A stretch of DNA of 64,000 nucleotides from Escherichia coli (GCF_003991155.1 NZ_CP031293.1); one strand, 5' to 3'; counted from the first letter of the stretch, positions 1 to 16,003 are shown. Program-made: numbers and translations. Notes: generated by a model not told the origin, from the letters alone.

Positions 1-385
1 CTGCGGCTGTGGTCAGCATGGCTGCATTGAAAATTATCTGTCTGGTCGCGGTTTTGCGTGGCTGTATCAACACTATTATCATCAACCGTTGCAGGCTCCT
101 GAGATCATTGCGCTTTATGATCAAGACGATGAGCAGGCAAGGGCGCACGTTGAGCGTTATCTGGATTTATTAGCGGTTTGTCTGGGAAATATCCTGACCA
201 TTGTTGACCCTGACCTGGTCGTCATTGGTGGAGGCTTATCGAATTTCCCGGCAATCACAACGCAACTGGCGGACAGGCTGCCTCGTCATCTCTTACCTGT
301 AGCTCGTGTTCCGCGCATTGAACGCGCGCGCCACGGTGATGCGGGGGGAATGCGTGGTGCGGCCTTCCTACATCTAACCGATTAA
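1..385 (+). CDS. nagK: N-acetyl-D-glucosamine kinase, 3' portion (5' end outside window)
   Basis: ORF 89..385 translation matches the ROK-family NagK C-terminus; the frame is open to the window edge. Confidence 0.8.
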   Translation, partial: CGCGQHGCIENYLSGRGFAWLYQHYYHQPLQAPEIIALYDQDDEQARAHVERYLDLLAVCLGNILTIVDPDLVVIGGGLSNFPAITTQLADRLPRHLLPVARVPRIERARHGDAGGMRGAAFLHLTD

Positions 386-400
386 TCAACAGAGGTTGCT

Positions 401-1222
401 ATGCTGTCGCGTCGGGGTCATCGGTTAAGTCGTTTTCGTAAAAATAAACGCCGCCTGCGCGAGCGTTTGCGTCAGCGTATTTTTTTCAGAGATAAAGTGG
501 TGCCGGAAGCAATGGAAAAACCAAGAGTACTCGTACTGACAGGGGCAGGGATTTCTGCGGAATCAGGTATTCGTACCTTTCGCGCCGCAGATGGCCTGTG
601 GGAAGAACATCGGGTTGAAGATGTGGCAACGCCGGAAGGTTTCGATCGCGATCCTGAACTGGTACAAGCGTTTTATAACGCCCGTCGCCGACAGCTGCAG
701 CAGCCAGAAATTCAGCCTAACGCCGCGCATCTTGCGCTGGCTAAACTGCAAGACGCCCTCGGCGATCGCTTTTTGCTGGTGACGCAGAATATCGACAACC
801 TTCATGAGCGTGCCGGTAACACCAATGTGATTCATATGCATGGGGAACTGCTGAAAGTTCGTTGTTCACAAAGTGGTCAGGTTCTCGACTGGACCGGAGA
901 CGTTACCCCAGAAGATAAATGCCATTGCTGCCAGTTCCCGGCACCCTTGCGACCGCACGTAGTGTGGTTTGGCGAAATGCCACTCGGCATGGATGAAATT
1001 TATATGGCGTTGTCGATGGCCGATATTTTCATTGCCATTGGTACTTCGGGGCATGTTTATCCAGCGGCTGGGTTTGTTCACGAAGCGAAACTGCATGGCG
1101 CGCACACCGTGGAACTGAATCTTGAACCAAGTCAGGTCGGTAATGAATTTGCCGAGAAATATTACGGCCCGGCAAGCCAGGTGGTGCCAGAATTTGTTGA
1201 AAAGTTGCTGAAGGGCTTATAA
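401..1222 (+). CDS. cobB: NAD-dependent protein deacylase (sirtuin)
   Basis: 273-aa ORF with sirtuin motifs ([10 protein letters not shown]..., HG, zinc-binding Cys pairs); recognised as CobB long isoform. Confidence 0.9.
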   Translation: MLSRRGHRLSRFRKNKRRLRERLRQRIFFRDKVVPEAMEKPRVLVLTGAGISAESGIRTFRAADGLWEEHRVEDVATPEGFDRDPELVQAFYNARRRQLQQPEIQPNAAHLALAKLQDALGDRFLLVTQNIDNLHERAGNTNVIHMHGELLKVRCSQSGQVLDWTGDVTPEDKCHCCQFPAPLRPHVVWFGEMPLGMDEIYMALSMADIFIAIGTSGHVYPAAGFVHEAKLHGAHTVELNLEPSQVGNEFAEKYYGPASQVVPEFVEKLLKGL

Positions 1223-1234
1223 AGCAGGAAGCAT

Positions 1235-1335
1235 TGCCTGATGCGCTACGCTTATCAGGCCTACAAGGGGACGCAATTAATTGAATTTGCGGGTTTTGTG
1301 GGCCAGATAAGGCGTTCGCGCCGCATCCGGCATAA
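1235..1335. repeat. REP/BIME-like extragenic palindromic elements
   Basis: tgcctgatgcgctacgcttatcaggcctac and aggcgttcgcgccgcatccggcat motifs typical of E. coli REP units, in the cobB-ycfZ intergenic region. Confidence 0.5.
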
Positions 1336-1359
1336 TAGACGCACACTTTACTGCCTCTT

Positions 1360-2148
1360 TTACCGTTTACTCGTCAATAACAACGCGGCAATAAACGTAC
1401 AGACACCAATCAGCCCTGCCCAGAGCGGCGATATTCTGGTAATTGCAAAGCTATTATCGATATACAGGCATAAAGCCTGATAGCCCATATTGGCAACAGT
1501 CATCGCCACTGCAAACTTTAATGCATAATTAAGGCGCGTCGTGTAGTTAAAAAATGCCGTAAAGACGATGAATGCAACCGCCCAGGCAAAAAGGCCTAAT
1601 GTCGTGGTACTGCCGGGTGGATCATTTTCATGCTGTTGTCCGGGATGCGGATAATATGTCAGTGGTGGCGTCGGTTGTTTTAATATCTGTGCTTGTAAAA
1701 CAGCCAATGCATTATTGATACCCTGATACCAGAGATCCGCATGTAAATAAGCCAGCGTGTGATTTTCTACCAGAAGGCCGAGATGTTTATCGTCCATACT
1801 GCTTTCGACCTGGCCGTTGGTTATCATAATTAACCGTGGCTCGCGGGTAGTAAAGAGTAACAGAACACTTCCTTTTACATTACTCATTGAAGATGCCGCA
1901 TGCGCCAGCATCGCTTTGCCATTTTGCCTGAGACTGGCTTCATTATTAATGTCGGGTAAAACCACAATAAACGGTGCAACTCCGGTTTGTTGGCGAAAAA
2001 GTTCGGCTTTATGCGCGATCTCTTCAGCATCTGGTACAGTACCGGTAACATCCGTAAAAAGTGTCTTCATTATTGGAATTAAGGGCTTACTGATTGCCGT
2101 CAGAGGCAGGAACATCAGTAAACTGAGCAGTATCATGATTTTTTTCAT
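1360..2148 (-). CDS. ycfZ: inner membrane protein YcfZ
   Basis: 262-aa ORF with signal peptide and C-terminal transmembrane segments; position between cobB and ymfA. Confidence 0.75.
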   Translation of the reverse strand: MKKIMILLSLLMFLPLTAISKPLIPIMKTLFTDVTGTVPDAEEIAHKAELFRQQTGVAPFIVVLPDINNEASLRQNGKAMLAHAASSMSNVKGSVLLLFTTREPRLIMITNGQVESSMDDKHLGLLVENHTLAYLHADLWYQGINNALAVLQAQILKQPTPPLTYYPHPGQQHENDPPGSTTTLGLFAWAVAFIVFTAFFNYTTRLNYALKFAVAMTVANMGYQALCLYIDNSFAITRISPLWAGLIGVCTFIAALLLTSKR

Positions 2149-2648
2149 GGGCGGGACTTCCGTTTCCTGCGTGTCTTTTTAGAGGAGGGCATACTGATTA
2201 ATAAACCGACGGCGATAAAAATAACGCCCATAATGCCGATAAACCCCCATTTAAAAAAATTAACCCACGGGTTATTTATCTCAGCCTTTTCAGGATGTCC
2301 TGGAGAATAATAAACATTAACTTTATCGCCTTCGCTGTCTTCATAAAAATCGCTGCCAATACTCGAATTGAAAATTAGCGTGTAATCTGGCGTCGGACGA
2401 AAGGCAACGACGGGATACCACGAACCATTTTTACCCGTGCGATGAGAATGACTGGAGTGCCAGACGGTATCAACAATGACGCCTTCAGTATGAATCGCGT
2501 CTTTGCTATAGGTGAACTGGTTATAAAAGATAACAACAGAAATGAGGATCAGTACCAGACCGATACCGAAGAATATACGAAAGAAAACTTTACTGTCCTG
2601 ACTCATTAGCCACATCCTTGCTAAATAAAAAACGGGCGGTAATACCAC
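2145..2648 (-). CDS. ymfA: inner membrane protein YmfA
   Basis: ORF with two hydrophobic segments, 4-nt overlap with ycfZ; synteny. Confidence 0.7.
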   Translation of the reverse strand: MVLPPVFYLARMWLMSQDSKVFFRIFFGIGLVLILISVVIFYNQFTYSKDAIHTEGVIVDTVWHSSHSHRTGKNGSWYPVVAFRPTPDYTLIFNSSIGSDFYEDSEGDKVNVYYSPGHPEKAEINNPWVNFFKWGFIGIMGVIFIAVGLLISMPSSKKTRRKRKSRP

Positions 2649-2663
2649 CGCCCGCTTGCTGAA

Positions 2664-3710
2664 TTAACGTCCTGCTTTCAGCTTCTGATAATACTCTTCA
2701 TAAATGCTGCTGGCTGCGCCAACGTCATTCTGCCATTCACCATTTTTAATGGTTTCAGCATCCGGGTAGAGCGTTTTATCGTTCGCCACTTCCGGACTTA
2801 ACAGCTTACGCGCCGCAAGGTTTGGCGTTGGATAACCGATAGTTTCAGCAACCTGTTTTGCCACATCGGGGCGCAGCAGGAAGTTGATCAATTTCAGCGC
2901 ACCTTCTTTGTTTTTGGCATTTGCCGGGATCGCCAGGCTGTCCATCCAGAAAATGCCGCCTTCTTTCGGCCACACCACGTCAATTGGCGTACCCGCCTGC
3001 CGTGCAACGAAAGCAGAACCGTTCCAGATCATGCCGAGGTTAACTTCGCCTTCCATGTACGGGTTAGCCGGGTTATCGGAGTTAAACGCTGCGACGTTTG
3101 GCATCAGTTTTTTCAGCTCGTTATATGCAGCTTCAATCTCTTTCGGATCGGTAGTGTTACCGGAGTAGCCCAGTTTGCGCAGCGCCATCTGGAACACTTC
3201 ACGGGCATCGTCGGTCAGCAGCAGGCTGCCTTTGTACTCAGGCTTCCACAGATCGGCCCAGCTGGTAACGGATTTCGGATCTACCGCATCACCGTTAACG
3301 CCAATCGCCGTCGCACCCCAGATATACGGAATGGAGTAGTCGTTATTCGGGTCAAACGGCTTGTTGAGCATGTCTGGATCGAGGTTGCTGAAATTGCTTA
3401 ACTTCGACTTGTCGATCTTCTGGATCATCCCTTCTTTACGCATTTTATCGACGTAATAGGTTGAAGGAACCACCAGGTCATAGGCACCGTCTTTGTACGT
3501 TTTCAGCTTGGCATACATGGTTTCGTTCGACTCGTAAGTCGAATAGATAACCTTAATACCGGTTTCTTTGGTGAACTGTTCAAGCAGTCCTGGCGGCACG
3601 TACTCGGTCCAGTTGTAGAAATACAGCGTGTTGTTGTCATCGGCGTGAGCGGCGCTCATGCCCAGTGCCAGAGCACCCGCCGCGAGCAGGTGGCGTGACC
3701 ATTTTTTCAT
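2664..3710 (-). CDS. potD: spermidine/putrescine ABC transporter periplasmic binding protein
   Basis: 348-aa ORF with signal peptide; recognised PotD sequence; operon context potABCD. Confidence 0.95.
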   Translation of the reverse strand: MKKWSRHLLAAGALALGMSAAHADDNNTLYFYNWTEYVPPGLLEQFTKETGIKVIYSTYESNETMYAKLKTYKDGAYDLVVPSTYYVDKMRKEGMIQKIDKSKLSNFSNLDPDMLNKPFDPNNDYSIPYIWGATAIGVNGDAVDPKSVTSWADLWKPEYKGSLLLTDDAREVFQMALRKLGYSGNTTDPKEIEAAYNELKKLMPNVAAFNSDNPANPYMEGEVNLGMIWNGSAFVARQAGTPIDVVWPKEGGIFWMDSLAIPANAKNKEGALKLINFLLRPDVAKQVAETIGYPTPNLAARKLLSPEVANDKTLYPDAETIKNGEWQNDVGAASSIYEEYYQKLKAGR

Positions 3711-4501
3711 TTAACGTCCCCTGTGTTACCTTTCGTTTTATCACGAGCAATAAGCTGGCTGGCAATTACCATCACCAGCGACAGCACCAGTAATATGGTT
3801 GCCAGCGCGTTAACTTCCGGCGATACGCCGACTTTGACCATCGAATAAATTTTTAACGGCAGAATTTCATAACTCGGCCCGGTGACAAACGAAGAAACCA
3901 CCACGTCGTCCATCGACAGGGTAAAGCTTAACACCCAGCCCGCCGCTACCGCTGGCATTGCCAGTGGCAGAATGATTTTTCGCAGAATGGTAAATTCGCT
4001 GGCACCGAGATCTTTCGCCGCTTCCAGCATTCGCACGTCAAAACCTTTCAGGCGCGAATACACTGTCACTACCACAAATGGCAGGCAGAAGGTGATATGC
4101 GAGAACAGCAGCGACCAGAAGCCAAGCTGAATACCCAGCAGCATAAACAGCACCAGCAGCGAAATCGCCATCACGATATCTGGTGACATCATCACCACAA
4201 ACAGCATTCCGCTAACGAACGGCTTACCACGAAAGCGATAACGGTACAGCGCAACTGCCGTCAGTGAACCGATAAGCGTAGCAAACGTCGCCGAAAACAC
4301 CGCCATTGTTAGTGAATGCTGCGCTGCCTGTAACAGGCTGTCGTTGTTCATCAGCAGGCTATACCATTTGGTGGTAAAACCTTGCCAGTTGATGCCAAAG
4401 CGCGAGCTGTTAAAGGAGTTCACAATCAAAATAATGATTGGGATATACAGGTACGCGTAGATAGCGGTCATAAAACCGCCGCGAAGCAGTCGACCGATCA
4501 T
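3707..4501 (-). CDS. potC: spermidine/putrescine ABC transporter permease
   Basis: 264-aa multi-pass membrane ORF overlapping potD start by 4 nt. Confidence 0.95.
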   Translation of the reverse strand: MIGRLLRGGFMTAIYAYLYIPIIILIVNSFNSSRFGINWQGFTTKWYSLLMNNDSLLQAAQHSLTMAVFSATFATLIGSLTAVALYRYRFRGKPFVSGMLFVVMMSPDIVMAISLLVLFMLLGIQLGFWSLLFSHITFCLPFVVVTVYSRLKGFDVRMLEAAKDLGASEFTILRKIILPLAMPAVAAGWVLSFTLSMDDVVVSSFVTGPSYEILPLKIYSMVKVGVSPEVNALATILLVLSLVMVIASQLIARDKTKGNTGDVK

Positions 4502-5355
4502 TCGAGTTCCACCTTTTTGTTCAGCAGACGAGAAGCGCGCCAGTAAACCAGCAACATCAGGCCCATTACGATAGTCAGCGTAATGCTGGTGGCTGCACCA
4601 AACGGCCAGTCACGAATATTGAGGAACTGTACTTTGATGACGTTACCGATCAGCAGGTTTTTCGCACCGCCCATCAGGTCGGACACATAGAACAGGCCCA
4701 TCGCTGGCAGCATCACCAGCAGACATCCGGCAATAATCCCCGGCATCGTCAGTGGAATAATGATGCGGATAAAAGTCTGTAACTTGCTGGCACCGAGATC
4801 GCGCGCCGCCTCAAGCAACGGCTTATCCAGTTTTTCGATACTGGAGTACAGCGGCATCACCATAAACGGTAGCAGAATGTAAACCAGACCGATAATCACC
4901 GCACTGGGCGTGAACATGATGCGAATTGGTGTATCAATAACGCCCAGCCAGAGCAAAAACTCGTTGAGATAGCCTTTGGTGCTGAGGAAAATTTTCAGCC
5001 CGTAGATACGAATCAATGAGTTGGTCCAGAACGGAACAATCAGCAGAAACAGCAGCAGCGGACGCACCTTGTGTGGCAACTTCGCCAGAAACCAGGCAAA
5101 CGGATAGCCAAGCACCAGGCAGGCGAGGGTGGTGATCAGCGCCATATTCAGCGAGTGCAATAGCACTTCAAAATAGAGCGGATCGAGCAGACGCGTGTAG
5201 TTATCCAGCGTAAAGACCATTTTGACGAAACTGGCGTCGTCGCGGGTCAAAAAGCTGGTGCCAATGATCATCAGGTTGGGCAGAAAGACAAACAACACAA
5301 GCCAACCGACAATAGTGACAATCACTACATTCTGGAACTTACTTGTGTTCTTCAT
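4498..5355 (-). CDS. potB: spermidine/putrescine ABC transporter permease
   Basis: 285-aa membrane ORF (exact start uncertain), translationally coupled to potC. Confidence 0.9.
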
Positions 5356-6475
5356 CAGCCAGTACGACCTCCCAGCTTTCTACCCAATTAATGGCCATTT
5401 TTTGGTCGAGAGAGTGGTCAAAGTCAGGATCGTCTTCATTGAAGAATTCGCTGACCATCACCATCTTGCCATTTTCCAGTTCAACAACCGACTCCAGCGT
5501 CATGCCTTTGTAGTTACGCTCGCGAACGTAACCAATCAGCCCTTCAGCGTGGTTGTCGTCGTTAATCTCTTCAACACGTAAGTCTTCCGGGCGCAGCAGA
5601 ACATGCAGTTTTTGCCCCGGTTCAACGGCGAAGTTAACGTAGATATTACATTCGCGGCCTTCAACGTTGGCGCGTACGCGCTGCTCGTCGAGACGTTCGA
5701 TGACAGTGGCGTTAAACATATTGATTTCGCCAATAAACCCAGCAACAAACAGGTTTTTCGGCTCTTCGTAGATTTCACGCGGCGTGCCGTCTTGCTCAAT
5801 GCGACCATCGCGCATCACCACGATCCTGTCCGACATGGTAAGTGCTTCTTCCTGGTCGTGAGTTACGAACACGAATGTAATGCCAAGCTTACGCTGTAAC
5901 GCTTTCAGCTCGTTCTGCATCTGTTTACGCAGTTTGTAATCCAGCGCTGAGAGCGACTCATCCAGCAACAACAGACGAGGCTTGTTAACCACCGCGCGAG
6001 CAATGGCGACGCGTTGCTGTTGACCACCAGAGAGCTGATGCGGTTTGCGTTGAGCGAAGGTTTCCAGCTGCACCATCCGCAGGGCTTCCATCACGCGGGG
6101 CGTAATTTCAGCAGCGGGGGTTTTTTGCATGCGCAACCCAAAGGCCACATTTTCGAACACGGTCATGTGGGGGAAAAGTGCATAGCTTTGGAAAACAGTA
6201 TTCACATAGCGGTTTTCCGCCGGAACGTGGGTGATGTCCTCGTTATCCAGCATGATGCGTCCGGAATCAACAGTTTCCAGACCTGCAATCAGGCGAAGAA
6301 CGGTTGTTTTACCGCAGCCAGAAGGGCCAAGCAGCGTGAGGAACTCGCCATTGTTGATAGTCAGATCCAGCTGGGGAATGACCTCTTTACCATCAAAGCA
6401 TTTGCGAATTCCCGCCAATTGCACCAGCGGTGAAAGCGAACTCGGTTGTTTATTCAATTTTTTACTCTGTCCCAT
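5339..6475 (-). CDS. potA: spermidine/putrescine ABC transporter ATPase
   Basis: 378-aa ORF with Walker [18 protein letters not shown] signature and Walker B LLLLDE. Confidence 0.95.
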
Positions 6476-6724
6476 GTAAACGCAACGGATGGCTTACCGA
6501 TGCGGGGTTTGTGGTTAACCACCTTGGTGACTCTTAATGAGGGCGGTAATTCTACGGCAAACCGCTTGAATCGCCAATCTTTGTTGTGAATTACTGGCTT
6601 AGCTTTATATTCATTAAGGTAATGCTGATAAATATTCCCGCTTGCAGGGGTAAAAGTGACCTGACGCAATATTTGTCTTTTCTTGCTTCTTAATAATGTT
6701 GTCACAAAAAGTGAGGGTGACTAC

Positions 6725-7951
6725 ATGGATAAACTACTTGAGCGATTTTTGAACTACGTGTCTCTGGATACCCAATCAAAGGCAGGGGTGAGACAGGTTC
6801 CCAGCACGGAAGGCCAATGGAAGTTATTGCATCTGCTGAAAGAGCAGCTCGAAGAGATGGGGCTTATCAATGTGACCTTAAGTGAGAAGGGCACTTTGAT
6901 GGCGACGTTACCGGCTAACGTCCCTGGCGATATCCCGGCGATTGGCTTTATTTCTCATGTGGATACCTCACCGGATTGCAGCGGCAAAAATGTGAATCCG
7001 CAAATTGTTGAAAACTATCGCGGTGGCGATATTGCGCTGGGTATCGGCGATGAAGTTTTATCACCGGTTATGTTCCCGGTGCTGCATCAGCTACTGGGTC
7101 AGACGCTGATTACCACCGATGGTAAAACCTTGTTAGGTGCCGATGACAAAGCAGGTATTGCAGAAATCATGACCGCGCTGGCGGTATTGCAACAAAAAAA
7201 CATTCCGCATGGTGATATTCGCGTCGCCTTTACCCCGGATGAAGAAGTGGGCAAAGGGGCGAAGCATTTTGATGTTGACGCCTTCGATGCCCGCTGGGCT
7301 TACACCGTTGATGGTGGTGGCGTAGGCGAACTGGAGTTTGAAAACTTCAACGCCGCGTCGGTCAATATCAAAATTGTCGGTAACAATGTTCACCCGGGCA
7401 CGGCGAAAGGCGTGATGGTAAATGCGCTGTCGCTGGCGGCACGTATTCATGCGGAAGTTCCGGCGGATGAAAGCCCGGAAATGACAGAAGGCTATGAAGG
7501 TTTCTATCACCTGGCGAGCATGAAAGGCACCGTTGAACGGGCCGATATGCACTACATCATCCGTGATTTCGACCGTAAACAGTTTGAAGCGCGTAAACGT
7601 AAAATGATGGAGATCGCCAAAAAAGTGGGCAAAGGGTTACATCCTGATTGCTACATTGAACTGGTGATTGAAGACAGTTACTACAATATGCGCGAGAAAG
7701 TGGTTGAGCATCCGCATATTCTCGATATCGCCCAGCAGGCGATGCGTGACTGCGATATTGAACCGGAACTGAAACCGATCCGCGGCGGTACCGACGGCGC
7801 GCAGTTGTCGTTTATGGGATTACCGTGCCCGAACCTGTTCACTGGCGGTTACAACTATCATGGTAAGCATGAGTTTGTGACTCTGGAAGGTATGGAAAAA
7901 GCGGTGCAGGTGATCGTCCGTATTGCCGAGTTAACGGCGCAACGGAAGTAA
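6725..7951 (+). CDS. pepT: peptidase T (tripeptide aminopeptidase)
   Basis: M20-family ORF; start placed at internal Met (MDKLLERF...) to give the canonical ~408 aa. Confidence 0.9.
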   Translation: MDKLLERFLNYVSLDTQSKAGVRQVPSTEGQWKLLHLLKEQLEEMGLINVTLSEKGTLMATLPANVPGDIPAIGFISHVDTSPDCSGKNVNPQIVENYRGGDIALGIGDEVLSPVMFPVLHQLLGQTLITTDGKTLLGADDKAGIAEIMTALAVLQQKNIPHGDIRVAFTPDEEVGKGAKHFDVDAFDARWAYTVDGGGVGELEFENFNAASVNIKIVGNNVHPGTAKGVMVNALSLAARIHAEVPADESPEMTEGYEGFYHLASMKGTVERADMHYIIRDFDRKQFEARKRKMMEIAKKVGKGLHPDCYIELVIEDSYYNMREKVVEHPHILDIAQQAMRDCDIEPELKPIRGGTDGAQLSFMGLPCPNLFTGGYNYHGKHEFVTLEGMEKAVQVIVRIAELTAQRK

Positions 7952-7959
7952 GCGAAAAG

Positions 7960-7984
7960 GGATGCGGCATGTGATGCCGCATCC
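7960..7984. terminator. hairpin between convergent pepT and roxA
   Basis: inverted repeat ggatgcggcat gtg atgccgcatcc immediately after the pepT stop. Confidence 0.4.
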
Positions 7985-7999
7985 GGCTTAAATCCAAAC

Positions 8000-9121
8000 T
8001 TACCCTTCGAAGAACCAGTATCCGCTATTGACCAGCGCCGCGAGCATCGCGAGGAATGACGGATCTTCCAGCGCATCGCCAAAATTCTCCGCGGTCAGCG
8101 CAATGTTGCTGGCGAGCGCATCCAGTGCCGGACGGTGCGGGGAATCGATCTTCTCACCATTGGCATACACATCGTCGCCAATGCGCAATACGCGCAGACC
8201 CCCCAGGCGCACCAGCACATCACCTTGTTTCAGCGCATCGTAGATTTCATCCGGCTGATAAGGCGGCTCTGGCGGCGCGATATCCAGTTCATGACGTGAC
8301 TGGGATATAAACTCGCCAAACCATTGCTTAAAATGTTCCGGCTGGTTGATCAATTCGAGCATCATCTCACGCAGTTTATCCATCTCTTGCGGCAGAACGT
8401 CCGCAGGATGAGCGCGAGGTGGAACATCAGGATCGCTGTAGTAGTTGCCGCCCAGTTCACGTTGCAGCACATAATCGGCAAATCCACTAATCAGTTCCCG
8501 CGTATTTGGCGCGCGAAAACCCACGGAATAGTTCATCGCATTTTCCAGCGCGTAGCCTTCATGCGGGAATCCTGGCGGAATATAAAGAATATCACCAGGC
8601 TCCAGCTCTTCATCGATGATGGCTTCGAACGGATCGACCTGTAACAGATCCGGATGTGGGCAGTGCTGTTTCATTTGCAGCTTTTCACCCACTCGCCAGC
8701 GACGACGTCCGGTACCCTGAATAATAAACACGTCGTACTGATCGAGATGTGGGCCGACGCCGCCGCCAGGTACGGAAAAAGAGATCATCAGGTCATCAAT
8801 ACGCCAGTCCGGTAGTTCACGGAACGGTCGCATTAGCGCGGCGGTCGGCTCATGCCAGTGGTTCACTGCCTGTACCAGTAACGACCAGTTGGTTTCACCG
8901 AGATGATCGTAGCTTTCGAACGGGCCGTGGCTGACCTGCCATTTGCCATCCTGGTGACTGACCAGTCGACTGTCGACTTCGCTTTCCATCGCCAGACCCG
9001 CCAACTCGTCTGGAGAGATCGGGTCAATAAAATTATTAAAGCCGCGTTTTAACACCACCGGGCGTTTCTGCCAGTGACGTTCAAGAAAATCGGGCCAGTT
9101 AAGAGTGAGTTGGTATTCCAT
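8000..9121 (-). CDS. roxA: ribosomal protein uL16 arginine hydroxylase (JmjC/cupin)
   Basis: 373-aa cupin ORF recognised as YcfD/RoxA; start taken at MEYQLTLNW. Confidence 0.85.
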   Translation of the reverse strand: MEYQLTLNWPDFLERHWQKRPVVLKRGFNNFIDPISPDELAGLAMESEVDSRLVSHQDGKWQVSHGPFESYDHLGETNWSLLVQAVNHWHEPTAALMRPFRELPDWRIDDLMISFSVPGGGVGPHLDQYDVFIIQGTGRRRWRVGEKLQMKQHCPHPDLLQVDPFEAIIDEELEPGDILYIPPGFPHEGYALENAMNYSVGFRAPNTRELISGFADYVLQRELGGNYYSDPDVPPRAHPADVLPQEMDKLREMMLELINQPEHFKQWFGEFISQSRHELDIAPPEPPYQPDEIYDALKQGDVLVRLGGLRVLRIGDDVYANGEKIDSPHRPALDALASNIALTAENFGDALEDPSFLAMLAALVNSGYWFFEG

Positions 9122-9196
9122 GTTAAGCATCCACAGGCTGGTATCTGCAACCGATTATAACGGATGCTTAACGTAATGCGTGAAGTATGGACATAT

Positions 9197-10657
9197 TTAT
9201 TCATCTTTCGGCGCAGAATGCTGGCGACCAAAAATCACCTCCATCCGCGCACCGCCCATCATGCTCTCTCCGGCGACGATTTTACCCTCATATTGCTCGG
9301 TGATTTCGCGGGCTACCGCCAGCCCCACACCTTGCCCAGGGCGTAAAGTATCAACCCGTTGACCACGGTCGAAAATGACCTCTCGCTTGCTTAATGGAAT
9401 ACCGGGGCCATCATCCTCGACCACAATATAGAGATGCTCGTCGGTTTGCCTTGCAGAAATTTCGACAAACTCGAGGCAATATTTACAGGCATTATCCAGC
9501 ACATTGCCCATCACCTCGACAAAATCGTTCTGCTCACCAACAAAGCTGATCTCTGGCGAAATATCGAGAGAGATATTGACCCCTTTGCGTTGATACACTT
9601 TGTTCAGCGCCGAGGTGAGATTGTCCAACAGTGGGGCGACCGGATGCAGCTCGCGGCTAAGCAATGTCCCGCCGCGCATACTGGCACGATGCAGGTAGTA
9701 GCCAATTTGCTGTGAAATGCGGCTGATTTGCTCCAGCATTACCGGCTCAGCATCACTGACGCTCATCTTCTCACTACGCAGAGAACGCAGCGTACTTTGC
9801 AGCACCGCCAGTGGCGTTTTCAGACTATGGGTCAGGTCGGTGAGCGTTGTACGATATTTGTCGTAACGTTCGCGTTCACTTTTTAACAATCGGTTCAGGT
9901 TTCGTACCAGACTGGTCAGTTCTCGCGTTGTGGCTGGATTGAGCAATTCGCGGTTATGTTCTTCCAGTTCGCGGACTTCTTTTGCCAGGGCTTCGATGGG
10001 GCGTAAACTCCACCAGGCGGCGACCCACAGCAGCGGGATCACTAACAGCAGATTGGCTGAGAGCACATAGATAAACCAGCTCCAGACCATATAGGAACTT
10101 TTTAGCTCCACCGGAATGGTATCCACCACCACAATGGTTAACTTTGGCATCCGCGATGTTGCCGGGTAGACGTTTACCGCCACCGAGTGGGTCATCTCCG
10201 CGTCGTCATCATCTTCCCGCACTTCCTGCAACTGTTGCTGTATCGAATGATCTCCACTCAGCAAGAGGCTGGTATCGTTAACATCCGCTTCAATTTCATG
10301 AAAACCATTCGATTTCAGCCAGTCAGGCTGGATCATCTTCATCAGCCAGGGCACGTCACGTTGCGCCCATAAAAGCTGCCCGTTCTCATCATAAATTAGC
10401 GTCATGGTGGGGCTTTGCTTGTCGATATTTTCGGGTAACTCGACATGCAACTTATTGTTTTCCCACTTCGCAAGGGTATAGAACAGATTGCTCTCGCCAC
10501 GTAACAGCCGAAACGTAGTTTTATCGAAACTGACGCTATAACCGATCAGCGCAACCATTCCGTAGGCAAGCGAAAGCACCAATACTACTGCTGCAGTTGC
10601 TAACAGAAAACGTACCCGCAGCGAGAGCGGGAAAAAAAGACGCAGTAATTTTTTCAT
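9197..10657 (-). CDS. phoQ: sensor histidine kinase PhoQ
   Basis: 486-aa ORF with two TM segments, HAMP, H-box ([11 protein letters not shown]) and ATPase domain; overlaps phoP stop. Confidence 0.95.
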   Translation of the reverse strand: MKKLLRLFFPLSLRVRFLLATAAVVLVLSLAYGMVALIGYSVSFDKTTFRLLRGESNLFYTLAKWENNKLHVELPENIDKQSPTMTLIYDENGQLLWAQRDVPWLMKMIQPDWLKSNGFHEIEADVNDTSLLLSGDHSIQQQLQEVREDDDDAEMTHSVAVNVYPATSRMPKLTIVVVDTIPVELKSSYMVWSWFIYVLSANLLLVIPLLWVAAWWSLRPIEALAKEVRELEEHNRELLNPATTRELTSLVRNLNRLLKSERERYDKYRTTLTDLTHSLKTPLAVLQSTLRSLRSEKMSVSDAEPVMLEQISRISQQIGYYLHRASMRGGTLLSRELHPVAPLLDNLTSALNKVYQRKGVNISLDISPEISFVGEQNDFVEVMGNVLDNACKYCLEFVEISARQTDEHLYIVVEDDGPGIPLSKREVIFDRGQRVDTLRPGQGVGLAVAREITEQYEGKIVAGESMMGGARMEVIFGRQHSAPKDE

Positions 10658-11328
10658 CAGCGCAATTCGAACAGATAGCCCTGGCCGCGAACGGTGGTAA
10701 TCACTTCTTGCGGATATTGTGCCTGAATTTTTTTGCGCAGACGTCCCATCAGTACATCAATGGTATGGCTTTCCCGCAGCTCCGCATCCGGGTAGAGTTG
10801 TAGCATTAACGAATCTTTGCTGACCACTTTGCCATTATTGCGTATCAACGTTTCCATAATGGTGTATTCGAACGCGGTCAGTTTGATCACTTCGTCATTA
10901 ATAGATAATTCACGGCGGGAGAGATCAACCTGAAACGGTGGTAGCGAAATGACCTGTGAAGCCAGACCGCTATTACGCCGCATTAATGCCTGCATTCGCG
11001 CCATCACCTCTTCAATATGAAACGGTTTAGTCACGTAATCATCAGCACCGGCACTTAATACTTCGACTTTGTCCTGCCAGCTTTCACGGGCGGTTAATAC
11101 CAGAATCGGCAGTGAAACATCGTTGCTACGCCAGCGGCGAATCAGTGACAGACCGTCCTCGTCAGGCAATCCGAGATCGACAATCGCAATATCCGGTAAA
11201 TGTTCATTGAGATAATAATCGGCTTCTTTGGCATCTTCTGCGTCATCGACCTGATGACCAGCATCCTGAATCTGAACTTTAAGATGGTGACGTAACAACG
11301 CATTGTCTTCAACAACCAGTACGCGCAT
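10657..11328 (-). CDS. phoP: response regulator PhoP
   Basis: 223-aa OmpR-family ORF (MRVLVVEDN...). Confidence 0.95.
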   Translation of the reverse strand: MRVLVVEDNALLRHHLKVQIQDAGHQVDDAEDAKEADYYLNEHLPDIAIVDLGLPDEDGLSLIRRWRSNDVSLPILVLTARESWQDKVEVLSAGADDYVTKPFHIEEVMARMQALMRRNSGLASQVISLPPFQVDLSRRELSINDEVIKLTAFEYTIMETLIRNNGKVVSKDSLMLQLYPDAELRESHTIDVLMGRLRKKIQAQYPQEVITTVRGQGYLFELR

Positions 11329-11387
11329 TTTTATTTCTCCCTGTCTTAATTATTAAAATAGTGTAACGCGATTATGTGGTTATGGGG

Positions 11388-11405
11388 GTAAACATTAAAT
11401 AAACC
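11388..11405 (-). promoter_or_regulatory. PhoP box (direct repeat GGTTTA-N5-TGTTTA) in the phoPQ autoregulated promoter
   Basis: minus-strand sequence GGTTTATTTAATGTTTA about 60 nt upstream of the phoP start; matches the known PhoP hexamer repeat spacing. Confidence 0.55.
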
Positions 11406-11496
11406 AGCGGGGAGGGGAGGTAAAGTGAAAAAATAAAAAGTGGATAATCTTAATAAGCAGGCCGGACAGCATCGCCATCCGGCACTGTTTTGAGGC

Positions 11497-12870
<1,374 letters not shown>

Positions 12871-13518
12871 TCACAACTCCGGGGTTAAATGAGCAAGAAT
12901 TTGTTTTGCCTGAGTGGTCAGGCGATTACGAGAAAACATCAGTTGCAGACGTCCGCCGCCAACCTGGTGCCAGAGCACGGCGGCGCGAATGCCTGCCAGC
13001 AGGGTTGCGCGAACTTTCGCCTGCACTTGTGGGCTTTGCAGTACAGCAGGGGAACCGGTTACCTGAATGCGTGGGCCAAGCGGGCTAATCACATCAACAT
13101 AGATAGCAGCCATCGCGCTCATCAGCGTTTCGGACTGTAAATCGAAGTGTTCGAGCTGGCGTTGCAGGCCGTTGATCCGGTTGCCCAGAGTGTCGAGCGC
13201 ACCTTTCGCTGAGGAGAGTTTGCGCTCAAGCACCATCAGACTGAGTGTGTAGCGGGTTAATTCGGCGTTTAAGCCCTGGCGACTGCTGGCATTGAGCACG
13301 CCGAGCAGGGTTTCCAGCCCGACGCGCAGGTTGGCTTCGCTACCGCCAAAAACCGCCAGCGTCGAGCTGGGGTTCATATCAATAATACTGTTGAGTGAGA
13401 CGTGTAGCGCATCGGCATCACAATGCCCCTGGTGAGCGAGTTGTTGCACCAGGCGTGCCGACTGACAAATACCGGCCAGGGCGAGGGTGATGTCATAGTA
13501 ATTCTTTGCCACGTTCAC
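12871..13518 (-). CDS. hflD: lysogenization regulator HflD
   Basis: 215-aa ORF, synteny purB-hflD-mnmA. Confidence 0.85.
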   Translation of the reverse strand: MNVAKNYYDITLALAGICQSARLVQQLAHQGHCDADALHVSLNSIIDMNPSSTLAVFGGSEANLRVGLETLLGVLNASSRQGLNAELTRYTLSLMVLERKLSSAKGALDTLGNRINGLQRQLEHFDLQSETLMSAMAAIYVDVISPLGPRIQVTGSPAVLQSPQVQAKVRATLLAGIRAAVLWHQVGGGRLQLMFSRNRLTTQAKQILAHLTPEL

Positions 13519-13547
13519 TGCTTCCTTGTTTTAAGTAAAGATAATAA

Positions 13548-15169
<1,622 letters not shown>

Positions 15170-15178
15170 TTTGCGTCC

Positions 15179-15832
15179 TTAATCTGTCGCTTCTCGCCAT
15201 TCGCCGTTGGCAAGATTATCCAAAGAGTAATCACCCATCGCATAGCGAATCAGTCGCAGCGTGGGGAAACCAACATGGGCGGTCATGCGGCGCACCTGGC
15301 GATTACGTCCTTCATATAAAGTAATCTTCAGCCAGCTGGTGGGAATACTTTTACGTTCACGAATTGGTGGATTCCGCGGCCATAACCACGCGGGTTCTTC
15401 AACCAGCTCCGCGCCTGCGGGCAGGGTAGGGCCATCATTTAAGGTTACGCCATTGCGCAAGGCTTCAAGTGCGTCTTGTGTGGGAATACCTTCCACCTGC
15501 ACATAATAGATTTTTCCGGTGCGTTTACCCGGCTGGGTTAAACGCGCCTGCAACGCGCCGTTATTGGTCAGCACCAGTAACCCTTCGCTATCGCGGTCAA
15601 GACGACCTGCTGCATAAACGCCCTGAACCGGGATGAATTCTTTTAATGTTTTGCGTCCGGCTTCATCGGTGAACTGCGGAAGAACATCGTAGGGTTTATT
15701 GAACAGGATCACACGCGTGGGCTGGTTTTCAGGTTTACGCCTGGTAGAACGTTGCGAGCTGAATCGCTTAACCTGGTGATTTCTAAAAGAAGTTTTTTGC
15801 ATGGTATTTTCAGAGATTATGAATTGCCGCAT
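15179..15832 (-). CDS. rluE: 23S rRNA pseudouridine(2457) synthase
   Basis: 217-aa RsuA/RluE-family ORF ([17 protein letters not shown]). Confidence 0.85.
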   Translation of the reverse strand: MRQFIISENTMQKTSFRNHQVKRFSSQRSTRRKPENQPTRVILFNKPYDVLPQFTDEAGRKTLKEFIPVQGVYAAGRLDRDSEGLLVLTNNGALQARLTQPGKRTGKIYYVQVEGIPTQDALEALRNGVTLNDGPTLPAGAELVEEPAWLWPRNPPIRERKSIPTSWLKITLYEGRNRQVRRMTAHVGFPTLRLIRYAMGDYSLDNLANGEWREATD

Positions 15833-16003
15833 TATAGCCTAATAACGCGCATCTTTCATGACGGCAAACAATAGGGTAGTATTGACAAGCTAATTACAAA
15901 TCATTAACAAAAAATTGCTCTAAAGCATCCGTATCGCAGGACGCAAACGCATATGCAACGTGGTGGCAGACGAGCAAACCAGTAGCGCTCGAAGGAGAGG
16001 TGA